NCBI GenBank assembly: GCA_965232515.1
Contig: CBDDPY010000002.1
Location: forward strand, 4,928,001-4,992,000
Source of the DNA: Alphaproteobacteria bacterium
GTDB taxonomy: Bacteria; Pseudomonadota; Alphaproteobacteria; GCA-2731375
Direction: 5' to 3'
Length of the DNA stretch: 64,000 nucleotides
In this document: positions 28,331 through 38,402 of the stretch, piece after piece
Numbering within the stretch: the stretch's first letter is position 1
Layout: every line of letters starts with the position of its first letter
Notes under the pieces: generated by a model
Told to the model about the DNA's origin: nothing
What the model saw: the letters and a program-made list of their open reading frames with translations, nothing else
The model's database searches: none
Program-made: the position numbers and the translations under genes

Positions 28331-29905
28331 TCAGTTTTCGGCCTTGCCCGCGTTGGCGGGCAGGTCGATATGCACGGTCGTGCCCTGGCCCGGCGCGCTG
28401 TCGATGGCGATCTCGCCGCCATGGGCATCGATGATCGCGCGCGCCAGCAGCAGGCCGATGCCGACGCCGCCCTGTTCCCTGGCATAGGGGCCGTCGATCT
28501 GACCGAACGGCTTGAAGATCTCCTCCAGGCCTTCGGGCGGGATGCCGTGGCCCTTGTCGGCCACGGTGACGCGCAGTCTGGTCGGTGTCGGCCGGGTCAG
28601 GCTGATGCGGACCGTGCCGCCGACATCGCTGAATTTCACGGCGTTCGAGATCACTTCGCCGAGCGCGATGCCAAGCTTCTGGCGGTCGCCGCGCAGGGTG
28701 GCATCGCCGCGCTGCAGCCGACGCGCCAGCTTGATGTCGCGTGCGAACATCGGCTCGGCCGCCTTGTCGAGCTCCCGGGCGACCAGTGCGCGCAGATCGA
28801 CCTTGTCGTCCGCCAGGTTCAGCTTGTGCCGTACGAAACCCTCGAGCGACAACATCCGCAGCACCTGCGCTTCCAGGCTGCCGGCCGACTGCGCGATGTC
28901 GTTCAGCACCGACAGCTGCCGCTTGTCGCAGATGGCGCCGTAGGCGCCGGCGGAGAGCGCCTGGGCGAAGCCGCCGATATGGTTCAGCGGCGTCAGGAAC
29001 TCGTGGCTCAGGTTCGACAGGAAGTTGGCCCGCGCCTCCTTGTCCAGCATGGCGAGCGCCGCCGTCTGCGCCTCCTGTACATGCTGCTTTTCGCGGCGAT
29101 CGAACTCGGTTACGTCTTCGCAGGTCGACACCGAGCGGCCGTCCGTCAGCGGCCGGTGCGTGACCGAGATCATTCGGCCGTCTTTCAGCTTCTGTTCGTA
29201 GCTCGTGGTGCCCGGCGTGCGGAACTGCTGCATGCGGCTGGCGATCGCGGCGTCGCGGTCGGGCGGATCGTAGTTTCCGATCTCGATGCTGTAGCGCAGG
29301 ATCTCCTCGATGCTGACGCCGGGTCGCACCCGATGGGAAGAGAAGCCATACATGTCGAGATAGGTCTGGTTGCAGACGATCAAACGCTCGTCGGCGTCGA
29401 ACAGGCAGATGCCGTTGCGGGCATTGTCCAGTGCCAGGTTCAGCAAGCTATTCTTCTCGCCGAGCTGCACCATTGTCCGCTTGAGTTCGCTCTCCACCTC
29501 GCTCAATCGCTCGCGGTCGCGCAGACTGCTCAGCACGTGCTGAAGCGCCCGGTCGACCAGATGGAGCTCGATCTCGTCGCGCCCGAGATAGTCCACGATC
29601 TCGTCCCCGTTGGCGTCAATCGCGGTCGGCGCGGTCATGCCGATGACGATTATCGGCGGACAGGATTGGGCGGCAAGGATCGCATCGGGAAGCCGGCCGT
29701 CGGAATCGCACAGACGAGCGCCGACGAAGCAGACGCCGTAATCGCCGCCGGCCAGACGGCGGGCCGCGCTGTCCGCTGTCGCCGCCACGTCGACGGCGCG
29801 GAACCGGTGCCGCGTCCGCGACAGTGCGTCGGTCAGCCGCCGGCGGCAATCGGTGTCGTCCATGACCAACAGGCAACGCGGCGCTGGCGCGGCCGCGCGG
29901 GTCAT
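28331..29905 (-). CDS. Sensor histidine kinase with degenerate N-terminal REC and PAS domains
   Basis: H-box SHEFLTPLN, N-box ISNAVKFS, DKGHGI, GGVGIGL; PAS LFDADERLIVCN. Confidence 0.85.
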   Translation of the reverse strand: MTRAAAPAPRCLLVMDDTDCRRRLTDALSRTRHRFRAVDVAATADSAARRLAGGDYGVCFVGARLCDSDGRLPDAILAAQSCPPIIVIGMTAPTAIDANGDEIVDYLGRDEIELHLVDRALQHVLSSLRDRERLSEVESELKRTMVQLGEKNSLLNLALDNARNGICLFDADERLIVCNQTYLDMYGFSSHRVRPGVSIEEILRYSIEIGNYDPPDRDAAIASRMQQFRTPGTTSYEQKLKDGRMISVTHRPLTDGRSVSTCEDVTEFDRREKQHVQEAQTAALAMLDKEARANFLSNLSHEFLTPLNHIGGFAQALSAGAYGAICDKRQLSVLNDIAQSAGSLEAQVLRMLSLEGFVRHKLNLADDKVDLRALVARELDKAAEPMFARDIKLARRLQRGDATLRGDRQKLGIALGEVISNAVKFSDVGGTVRISLTRPTPTRLRVTVADKGHGIPPEGLEEIFKPFGQIDGPYAREQGGVGIGLLLARAIIDAHGGEIAIDSAPGQGTTVHIDLPANAGKAEN

Positions 29906-30174
29906 GATCTCGACGGTCCCGGTCGGCGCGCCGGTTCGCCCTGGTGCCTGGTCGCCCACGGGACGCTTGTCTCTGGTTGCCTGTCCATTCCCACACGTGG
30001 GGTTAGATTGCCCCGATCACAAATTACCCGCCATCGGCTAACGAACCGTCAACCGCAATCTTCTAATGCATCGGCCGGCCAGGAACCGCTTGTCTTGGCG
30101 GGTTCGAGGGGTCACGCTATTCGCTTGTCAATGAGAGCCGCTCAGGCCGTCGCGATCGCAACAGGGAGAACCGC

Positions 30175-31344
30175 ATGTCACTTCAGGACAGCCTCAACAC
30201 TTTGTTAGGGAATGCCGTTTCGAACGGCGATGTGCCGGGCGTGGTCGCCGCGGTCACCGACCGTGACGGCAATATCTATGAAGGCGGTTTCGGCGAGCGG
30301 GTGCTCGGCGGCGGCGCCGCTATGACGCCGGACACCGTGGTCTGGATCGCCTCGATGACCAAGGCCGTCACCGGGGCCGCGGCCATGCAGCTGGTCGAGC
30401 AGGGCAAGCTCGACCTCGACGCGCCGGCCGGCAACGTGGTCTCGCACCTGGGCGAAGTGGAGGTGCTGGACGGGTTTGACGACAACGGCCAGCCCAGGTT
30501 GCGGGCGCCGAAGCGGCCGGTGACGCTGCGCCACCTGCTGACGCATACCGCCGGCTACGCCTACGAGATCTGGGACGGGTCAATCGTCAAATACCAGGAG
30601 GCCAAGGGCCTGCCGGGCGTCACCACCTGCGAGAACGCGGCCCTTCTGACGCCGTTGCTGTTCGATCCGGGCGACCGCTGGGAATACGGCATCAATATCG
30701 ACTGGGCCGGCAAGATGGTCGAGGAGGTCAGCGGCCAGAAGCTCGGCGACTACATGCAGGCGAACATCTTCGCGCCGCTGGGCATGACCTCGACGGCCTT
30801 CAAGATCACGGCCGAGATGCGGGCGCGCATGGCCAAGATCCATCAGCGCGGCGACGACGACGGTTTCGAGGCACTGGACCTGGAACTGCCGCAGGAGCCC
30901 GAGTTCGAGATGGGCGGCGGCGGTCTGTACTCGACCGTTGGCGACTACACGAAGTTCATCCGCATGATCCTGAACAACGGCAGCGCCAACGGCCAGCAGG
31001 TCCTCAAGCCCGAGACCGTCGAGATGATGTCGCGGAACCAGATGGGCGATTGCCGGGTGTCGATGCTGAAGACCATGATGCCGCCGTTGTCGAACGACGC
31101 CGAGTTCTTCCCCGGCATGTCGAAAACCTGGGGCCTCAGCTTCATGATCAACGACGAGGACGCGCCGACCGGCCGTCCGGCCGGCAGCCTCGCCTGGGCC
31201 GGGCTCGCCAACTCCTACTACTGGATCGACCCCAAGAACGGCATCGGCGGCGCCTACGCGACGCAGATCCTGCCCTTCGTCGACAAGAAGTCGTTGCCGC
31301 TCTATCTCGACCTCGAGACCGCGGTCTACCGGAACCTGTCGTAG
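30175..31344 (+). CDS. Serine hydrolase, beta-lactamase class C / family VIII esterase
   Basis: IASMTK (SxxK), LLTHTAG, PGDRWEY, WAGLAN. Confidence 0.9.
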   Translation: MSLQDSLNTLLGNAVSNGDVPGVVAAVTDRDGNIYEGGFGERVLGGGAAMTPDTVVWIASMTKAVTGAAAMQLVEQGKLDLDAPAGNVVSHLGEVEVLDGFDDNGQPRLRAPKRPVTLRHLLTHTAGYAYEIWDGSIVKYQEAKGLPGVTTCENAALLTPLLFDPGDRWEYGINIDWAGKMVEEVSGQKLGDYMQANIFAPLGMTSTAFKITAEMRARMAKIHQRGDDDGFEALDLELPQEPEFEMGGGGLYSTVGDYTKFIRMILNNGSANGQQVLKPETVEMMSRNQMGDCRVSMLKTMMPPLSNDAEFFPGMSKTWGLSFMINDEDAPTGRPAGSLAWAGLANSYYWIDPKNGIGGAYATQILPFVDKKSLPLYLDLETAVYRNLS

Positions 31345-31420
31345 CGGCTGCGGGACGGCGGTCGCGCGGGAAACGATGCGCGGTCGCCGTCTCCAAGTCG
31401 GTCGGTGATGCGGAGAGCGA

Positions 31421-32398
31421 ATGTCGGCGGCCGGTTTCGAGACCATACCGCGGATCGACGTTGCCGGGCTCTATGACGGTGGCCCGCGGGCGCGGCGCGA
31501 TCTGGCGCGTCGGCTGCACGGGGCGCTTCGCGATGTCGGCTTTGCCTATGTCACCGGCCACCGGGTCGCCGGCGACCTGATCGACGGTCTGCGCGCGCAG
31601 GCCAGGCGCTTCTTCGCGCTGCCCATGGCCGACAAGCAGGCCATCGCCATCAACGCCCAGCACCGGGGTTACATGGCGCCCAACAGCTCGACCATCGTCA
31701 CCTCGTCGGTGGCGACGGTCCGCAAGCCGAACCAGAGCGAGTCTTTCCTGGCCCTGCACGAGCTGGCGCCGGACGATCCTGATGTCGTCGCCGGCAGGCC
31801 GTTGCAGGGGCCGAACCAGTGGCCCGCCGCGTTGCCGTCGTTCCGGCCGGCGGCATTGGCGTACATGGCCGCGATGGAAGCGCTGTCGCGCCGTCTGGTC
31901 GGCCTGATCGCGCTCGGCCTTGATCTGCCGGAGGACTACTTCGCGCCATACTTCGAGCGCCCGACGGTGTTCCTGCGCCTGCTGCATTATCCGCCGACAC
32001 CGGACGAGGACGGCCTGTTCGGCTCGGCGCCGCACACCGATTACGGGTTCATCACGCTGCTGGCCCAGGACGATGTCGGCGGGCTCGAGGTGCGCAACCG
32101 TGACGGCCGCTGGATTGCGGCGCCGCCGGTCGACGGCAGTTTCGTCTTGAATGTCGGCGACATCCTGTCGCGCTGGAGCAATGGGCTTTTCGCCTCGACG
32201 CCGCACCGCGTGATCAACCGGTCGGGACGGCAGCGCTATTCCCAGCCCTATTTCTTCGACCCGTCCATGGACAGTGTCATCGCGCCGCTGCCGGACTGCG
32301 CCGGAGCGGACGGCGCGTCCGATTTCGCGCCCGTTCGCTATGGCGACTATCTGATGTCCCGCCTCGACCAGAACTACGACTACCGCAAATCGGGTTAG
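31421..32398 (+). CDS. 2-oxoglutarate/Fe(II) dioxygenase (IPNS-like)
   Basis: LRLLHYPP, PHTDYGFITLL, STPHRV, RYS. Confidence 0.9.
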   Translation: MSAAGFETIPRIDVAGLYDGGPRARRDLARRLHGALRDVGFAYVTGHRVAGDLIDGLRAQARRFFALPMADKQAIAINAQHRGYMAPNSSTIVTSSVATVRKPNQSESFLALHELAPDDPDVVAGRPLQGPNQWPAALPSFRPAALAYMAAMEALSRRLVGLIALGLDLPEDYFAPYFERPTVFLRLLHYPPTPDEDGLFGSAPHTDYGFITLLAQDDVGGLEVRNRDGRWIAAPPVDGSFVLNVGDILSRWSNGLFASTPHRVINRSGRQRYSQPYFFDPSMDSVIAPLPDCAGADGASDFAPVRYGDYLMSRLDQNYDYRKSG

Positions 32399-35037
32399 CC
32401 GGCCTTGGCGTAGGCGCGCAGGCGGCCGGCCGGCAGCCGGACCACGGCCGTCGTACCCTGGCCGGGTGTGCTGTCGAGCGTCAGCGAGCCGCCGTGCAGC
32501 TCCGCCAACGCCTTGCTCACCGACAGGCCGAGGCCGGTGCCTTCGGCGGCGATATCGGCGCTCAGCTCGGCCTGCTCGAACGGCGACAGCACGCGTTCGA
32601 TCGATGCCGGATCGATGCCGATGCCGTCGTCGCGCACCGACAGCGCGACGTCGCCGTCGGCCGTCCGTTGCAGCGACACCTCGATCCGCCCGCCTTCCGA
32701 GGTGAACTTCACGGCGTTGGACAAGAGGTTCAGCAGGATCTGCCGCAGCAATCGGGAGTCGGCCCAAAGCTGGATCGGCCCGCTGATGTCGGCCAATGCC
32801 ATTGTCAGCTTCGCGGCCTCGGCACGCGGCTGCATCAAGCGCAGGCAGTCGCGTGTCAGGTCGTCCACGTCGACCACCTCCTCGTTCAGATCCAGCTTGC
32901 CGGCCTCGATCTTCGCCAGGTCCAGCAGATCCGAGACGATGCCCAGCAGATGCTGACCGCTGGCGTGGATATCCGCGGCATAGCCCTTGTAGGCCTCGAC
33001 GCCGACCGGACCGGCAATTTCGTCCCGGATCATCTCCGAAAAGCCGATGATGGCGTTCAGCGGCGTGCGCAGCTCGTGACTCATACCGGCCAGGAATTCC
33101 GATTTCGCGCTGTTCGCCCGCTCGGCCTCGAAGGTCGCCCGCTGCAGTTCCTGCTCCATGCGCTTGCGCTCGGTGATGTCGGTGCCGATGGTGACGGTGC
33201 TGCCGTCGGCCATGCGTTGTTCGCGGATCAGAAACCACTGGTCGCCGCGGCGGGACATTTCAAATGGACCCTCGGGATAGCGGTGGCGCAGCAGACGCTG
33301 CTGCAGCCACGTTTCCTCCCGGCCCCCGGCTTCGGGCACGAGGCCCGCGGCAAGAACGGCGCGGATATAGTCTTCGTAGCTGACGCCCGGCCGTGTCGCT
33401 TCCGGCACTTCGGCGTTGATGTCGCGATAGCGCTGGTTGCAGATCAGCAACCGGTCGTCCGGGCTCCACAGCACGAATATGTCCACCAGGCCCTCGACCG
33501 CCGTCGACAGTCGTTGCTGCGCCAGCTCGGCTCGTTGTTGGGCCTTGTACTGTTCGGTCAGATCGGATCCGGTGCCGCGATAGCCCTTGAACGTGCCGTT
33601 CTCGTCGAATATCGGGACGCCGCTGATCCTCATCCAAACATCGCCCTTCGATCCACGACGGCGGTAGGCGAAATCTTTGAATGGCTGCCGCGCCTCGAGC
33701 GCCGCCAGGTGCTCAGTCCAGGTCTCCGCCGATACGTCGGGAATGCCGACTTCCTCGCGCCGCTTGCCGTAGTGCCATTCCGCCGGTAGGCCGGCCACCC
33801 TCTCGATCTCGGCCGAGATGTAGGTGAAGCGAAGATCGGCGTCCATTTCCCAGAACCAGTCCGAGGACGCCGCGGCGAAGTCGCGGAAGCGGCTCTCGCC
33901 ATCCGCCAGCGCCTGCGCCATCAGCACCCTGTCGGTGATGTCGGTGCCGGTGCCGCGATAGCCCAGAAAGACGCCATTGGCGTCGAACACCGGTTTGCCG
34001 TTGATCGACAGATAGACGCGGGTGCCGTCCGGCTTGGTGCGCGGATGCTCGAACCCGCGAAACGGCCGGTGCGCCTTCAGGTCGTCGAGATGGCGTTGCC
34101 AGTAATCGGCCGCGACGCCGGGGTTGCCGGTTTCCTCACGCGTCCGCCCCAGCATTTGCTTTGCCGATACGCCGGCGATCTCGCTCATGCGCGAGGAGAA
34201 GTAGCTGAACCGGAGATCCTGGTCCATTTCCCAGTAGAAGTCGGACGCCGCGTCAGCGAAATGCCGGAACCGCTGCTCGCGCGCCCGCAGCTCGTCGATA
34301 TGAGCGGTCGACACTTGCTTTAGGAGATCGTTGAACGACGTGACGATGTCGCCGATCTCGTCGGCCTTCGGATAGGTCAAGGCGTAGCGCCCGGCATGGG
34401 CGGTATCGCGGCGGGCGGCGAGCAGCCCCTGTCTCAGCTGCAGGATCGGCCGCAGGACCTTTTGGCTGAGGATCAGCACGGTAGCCGCGGCGACGCCCAG
34501 CGACAGAATCAGGACCAGGCCGGCGATGCGCCAGACGAACGCGGTCAGTTCCGTACCGATCCAGGCCGCATCCAATCTAGCCGCGACCGCGAACGGCAGG
34601 CCGGTCGCGTCCGGCGTCCACAGGACATCCAGGTTGGCGCCGTCGGCCGAGCGTTCGCGACGAAAGGCGTCGTCCGTCGGCGTCAGGTCGGGCGCGACGC
34701 CGAAGCTGCCGATCGTTGTGCCGTCGGCGCGAAACAGCGTCCCGCCGCGAAAGTGCGGCGACCTGTTCAGCAATCGGCCGGTCAGCATCAGGTCGCGGTC
34801 GCTGGCGTGCGCCCTTGGCCCGAAAGCGGCGATGGCCGCGGTCATCCCGGCGTCTTCCAGCCGGTCCAGCAGATCGGTCTCGTAGCGCAGGTATGACGGC
34901 ACCAGCACGATGGCCTCGATGATCAGGATGCTGACAAAGACGGTCAGCGCGACGGTCCGGCATAGCCGGCTGCGCAGCAACTCGCCGCCGATGCCGGGTG
35001 GAACCGGCGGGTCTGGTCGTGACTGATGATCCGACAT
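32395..35037 (-). CDS. Membrane sensor histidine kinase (HAMP + three PAS + HisKA + HATPase)
   Basis: Two TM helices; two repeated SDW(F)WEMD PAS domains; MSHELRTPLNAIIGF, NLLSNAVKFT, GTGLGL. Confidence 0.92.
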   Translation of the reverse strand: MSDHQSRPDPPVPPGIGGELLRSRLCRTVALTVFVSILIIEAIVLVPSYLRYETDLLDRLEDAGMTAAIAAFGPRAHASDRDLMLTGRLLNRSPHFRGGTLFRADGTTIGSFGVAPDLTPTDDAFRRERSADGANLDVLWTPDATGLPFAVAARLDAAWIGTELTAFVWRIAGLVLILSLGVAAATVLILSQKVLRPILQLRQGLLAARRDTAHAGRYALTYPKADEIGDIVTSFNDLLKQVSTAHIDELRAREQRFRHFADAASDFYWEMDQDLRFSYFSSRMSEIAGVSAKQMLGRTREETGNPGVAADYWQRHLDDLKAHRPFRGFEHPRTKPDGTRVYLSINGKPVFDANGVFLGYRGTGTDITDRVLMAQALADGESRFRDFAAASSDWFWEMDADLRFTYISAEIERVAGLPAEWHYGKRREEVGIPDVSAETWTEHLAALEARQPFKDFAYRRRGSKGDVWMRISGVPIFDENGTFKGYRGTGSDLTEQYKAQQRAELAQQRLSTAVEGLVDIFVLWSPDDRLLICNQRYRDINAEVPEATRPGVSYEDYIRAVLAAGLVPEAGGREETWLQQRLLRHRYPEGPFEMSRRGDQWFLIREQRMADGSTVTIGTDITERKRMEQELQRATFEAERANSAKSEFLAGMSHELRTPLNAIIGFSEMIRDEIAGPVGVEAYKGYAADIHASGQHLLGIVSDLLDLAKIEAGKLDLNEEVVDVDDLTRDCLRLMQPRAEAAKLTMALADISGPIQLWADSRLLRQILLNLLSNAVKFTSEGGRIEVSLQRTADGDVALSVRDDGIGIDPASIERVLSPFEQAELSADIAAEGTGLGLSVSKALAELHGGSLTLDSTPGQGTTAVVRLPAGRLRAYAKAG

Positions 35038-35309
35038 CCGTGCGGCCGGCTGGTCTTCCTGATACGCGTTGCCGGCGATAGTCTGCCGTTCGGCCTTGTA
35101 ACAATGGTTAATGACCGGCGCGGAATGAAGATTTCCTTGCTATTTTCCTGTCGTATTCTCGTTTTTCGGGATTGTCGGCTAATTTCGGTGACGCCTGACG
35201 GCGAATTCACGGCTAGACAGGCCACCCGTACAGTGCCCACTCTTTAGCAGTTTCGAAGGTGGCGTCCGGCGACCGGGCCGGTGGCCGCCGGGTGTCGCGG
35301 AGATCCGCC

Positions 35310-35912
35310 ATGAGCGCGCCGACGAACCGGAACGTTGATGCCAGAACGCGCGTTGCGCGGCAGGGCGACGCGCGGACGATCGCCGAGTTGTATTTGTCGG
35401 CGTCGGGCGACGTCGCCCAGCGGGTCTGGTCGCGGCATGTCCGGGGCGATGCCTCCGTGCTCGATGTCGGCGAGCAGGTCTTCGCCCGGGCCGAGGGCCG
35501 GCTGACCTGCGACCACAGCATCGTCGTCGAGGTGGGCGAGACCGTCGTCGGCATGATGGTGGCCTTTCCCAACGACGCGGCGGGCGCGAGCCGGCGCGTC
35601 GATCAGCTCGATCGTATTCCGGTCGAGTTTCCGGAATGGCCGGCCGAACGCATGCTGCACATCGCCGCGATGGTGTTGCGGCCGGACTATCGCGGACAGG
35701 GGCTGGGCGAGAAGCTGCTGAACCTGGCCGAGACCGAGGCCGCGACCACGGGGCTCGCGGCGACCACCGTCATCGTGCCCGCGCGAAACGAGACCGGCTG
35801 TCAGTTCCTGCGCGACCACGGCTATATGGAATTCGATCGCCAGGACCTGCCCGACCCGCCGCGGGACGGGCGGTCGACGCAGGCCATCCTGTTCGCGAAA
35901 TACGTCGGCTGA
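35310..35912 (+). CDS. GNAT family N-acetyltransferase
   Basis: LHIAAMVLRPDYRGQGLGEKLL. Confidence 0.8.
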   Translation: MSAPTNRNVDARTRVARQGDARTIAELYLSASGDVAQRVWSRHVRGDASVLDVGEQVFARAEGRLTCDHSIVVEVGETVVGMMVAFPNDAAGASRRVDQLDRIPVEFPEWPAERMLHIAAMVLRPDYRGQGLGEKLLNLAETEAATTGLAATTVIVPARNETGCQFLRDHGYMEFDRQDLPDPPRDGRSTQAILFAKYVG

Positions 35913-35913
35913 C

Positions 35914-37860
35914 TCAGGTCGCCGATCCGCAGACGCGCAGATCCTCGATCGCTCTTGTCGGCCCGCGCGACCTGGCGCCCGTCGTGATCGGCTTGCTCCC
36001 GGTTTTGACCGATCCGCTGCCAAGCCGGCCCTGATCGGCGAGCTTGGTCGCCTCGTCCATGCGCCCGAGCTTGACCAGCGCCGCGGCCAGTGCCATGCGC
36101 GGCCAGATGTCGGTGTCGGATAACCGCGTCCCCGACGGTCCGGCCGTATCCCGTGCGTCATGCCGGACCGACGGCGAGGTCTGTCGAGACAGGCTCAACG
36201 CCCGGTCGATGTGCCGCACCGCTTCATCTTGCCGCCCCAGCACGGCCTGAATCTGGCCCAGGCTGAGATAGGCCTGCGCGTGGCTGGGCGTTTCCGCGAC
36301 CGCGCGCTCCAGCAGTTCCAGACCGGCCTCGTGGTCGGCGCCGAACGCCATGGCCCCGCCCAGCACCATGACGGGGAACGAGTCCGACGGCTGCAGGTCG
36401 ATCGCCCGCTGCGCCAGCCGGATCGACTGTGCCATCTCCTGGGCGACGTCGCTCGCCAGGTTCAGCGCCACCCGCACCAGATGCACGTAGGCGAGCCCGG
36501 CATAGGGCGCGGCGAAGCCCGGCGCCAGCGTGTTGGCCTGTCGGAAATGCGCTTCCGCCTTGTCGACCTCCTCGCGCGTCAGCCGATAGGCGTGCCGCAT
36601 GCCGTGTTGGAATTGTTCCCAGGCGTCGAGGTTGTCGGCCTGCAGCCGCGGCAGCCGCTCGCGCTGGTGCACGCGGATCTGGGCGTCGATCGTTTCGATG
36701 ATCTCGCCGCTGATATCGTCCAGCAACGCGAAGATGTCGTCGATGTCCCGGTCGTAGCGGTTGGCCCAGAGCTGCTGGCCCGACCGCGGGTCCACCAGGC
36801 GGGCGGTGACGCGGATCCGACCGTCGGCCCGGCGCACGCTGCCCAGGATCACATATGTCGCGCCCAGCTCGGCATGCAGCGCCGTCAGGCCGTCCCCGTC
36901 GTGACCGGTCTCAAACGTCGATTGCCGCGAGAACACGTGATAGTCGCTGATCTTCGACAACTCGACGATCAGGTCCTCGGTGATGCCGACGGCGATATGG
37001 TCCTGGTCGGCGTCGACGGTCAGGCTGTCGAACTGCAGGATCGCGATCCGCGGCTTGGCCGCGAAGGTCGAACTCTCGGCCGCGGCGCCGTTCGTTGCCG
37101 GCGGTTCGCCGGCCATGGCGCCGGTTTTCTGATCGTTGCGCGTATGCCGCCGCGCCTCGTCGAACAGATCCTTGGTCTCGTCTTCCGGCTCGGCGCCCAG
37201 GTGTTCGCGCACGGCGTCGACACAGCTCGCATACTGCTTGATCGCGGCGTTGTGCCGCCCCCGCCGGATCAGCGTCCGGATAATCGCGCGATGCGCCTCC
37301 TCGCAGGCCTCGTCGGCCCGCAGCAGCTGCAGTGCCAGGCTCTCGGCCGCATCGAACGCCGGCTCCGAGCCGGCGATCTCGGAGAGCTTCTCGGCCAGCC
37401 GCTCGGCGACGTTACGCAGCGACTGCCGTTCGATGCGCAGCCAGTCGTCGAAGCTGGCGTCAGCCGCCTTGACGTCACTCAGCAGATCGCCGCGGTAGAG
37501 CAGCGCGGCCCGTGTAAGCGCGTCCTCACCGCCGTCCGTCAGCAGCGACGCAAATTCCTCGACGTCGACCTGCACCGCGTCGGCTTCCAGTCGCAGCTCC
37601 GTCGCCGACGTCCACAGCGCGTCGCCGGCGTCGTGGCTTTCCAGCAGCCGCCGGATGTCGCTCAGCGCCCGGCGCAGGCTACCCGATGACTGCGCGTCGC
37701 CGCGGTCGCTCCACAAGAGGTTGCGCACGGCCTCGCGCCGGATGGTCTTGCCCGGGTTGAACGCCAGCAGCGCGAACAGCATGGCTGTCTTGCGGGTCGG
37801 AAATTCGATCGCAGCGGTGCCGTCGACGGCCAACGGGCCAAGCAGGCGAACGGTCAGCAT
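35914..37860 (-). CDS. SARP-type regulator (wHTH + BTAD + TolB-like + TPR)
   Basis: VRLLGPL, LLWSDR...SLRRALSDIRR, LYRGDLL...FDDWL, EEAHRAII; GITEDLIVELSK, LWANRYDR; TPRs. Confidence 0.88.
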   Translation of the reverse strand: MLTVRLLGPLAVDGTAAIEFPTRKTAMLFALLAFNPGKTIRREAVRNLLWSDRGDAQSSGSLRRALSDIRRLLESHDAGDALWTSATELRLEADAVQVDVEEFASLLTDGGEDALTRAALLYRGDLLSDVKAADASFDDWLRIERQSLRNVAERLAEKLSEIAGSEPAFDAAESLALQLLRADEACEEAHRAIIRTLIRRGRHNAAIKQYASCVDAVREHLGAEPEDETKDLFDEARRHTRNDQKTGAMAGEPPATNGAAAESSTFAAKPRIAILQFDSLTVDADQDHIAVGITEDLIVELSKISDYHVFSRQSTFETGHDGDGLTALHAELGATYVILGSVRRADGRIRVTARLVDPRSGQQLWANRYDRDIDDIFALLDDISGEIIETIDAQIRVHQRERLPRLQADNLDAWEQFQHGMRHAYRLTREEVDKAEAHFRQANTLAPGFAAPYAGLAYVHLVRVALNLASDVAQEMAQSIRLAQRAIDLQPSDSFPVMVLGGAMAFGADHEAGLELLERAVAETPSHAQAYLSLGQIQAVLGRQDEAVRHIDRALSLSRQTSPSVRHDARDTAGPSGTRLSDTDIWPRMALAAALVKLGRMDEATKLADQGRLGSGSVKTGSKPITTGARSRGPTRAIEDLRVCGSAT

Positions 37861-38402
37861 GATCGGTCACCGTGCGTTGCCGTGGCCGGCGGCGATCCGA
37901 TGCTTATCGCGATGGCGTTCCGGATTGGCGGTTTTCGTGTTTTCGCGCATTTGTGCGAACTATCCCCACGGGCGTCGGTTGAGTCCGAGGCCCCGATGCA
38001 GTCTGGACGCGATGCGTGTTTCGCCGATGTCGCGAAACCGTGAAATTGGTTTCAATTGTTTCCGCCCGACCGAAGCGTTCTCGACCGGCCAATCGAAAAA
38101 TTTTTTCCGCCCTGTCGAATTCACGCTCAGGTAACGCCAAGCCGCGCGGCGAAATCACGCGCGCCCCCCATCTTCCGTTTCGGGTCGCGGACGAATCCGT
38201 CTCGCCGGCCCCGAATGCGAACGTTTTGAGGGAGTCGATGCAGCTTTGGTTCTAAGGGTTTCGGACCGACCGGCGGATGCGCGCCCGCGTCCACGCGATC
38301 CGCGCCGCCGACCTGGACCAGCCATGGAACCTCACCGATTCCCACCATCCGGCCCGGCGCCGGATCATCCGACATCGGTTCTGAATTGAAAGGAATGGAA
38401 CA

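Noticed and set aside
31148-33238. 696-aa minus-strand ORF and similar Arg/Ala/Gly-rich ORFs across the window
   Set aside because: Alternative-frame artefacts of high GC overlapping well-supported genes.
37861-38402. Sigma-54 promoter, NtrC sites or glutamine riboswitch upstream of GS
   Set aside because: No TGGCAC-N4-TTGC and no recognisable glnA-motif core found by eye.
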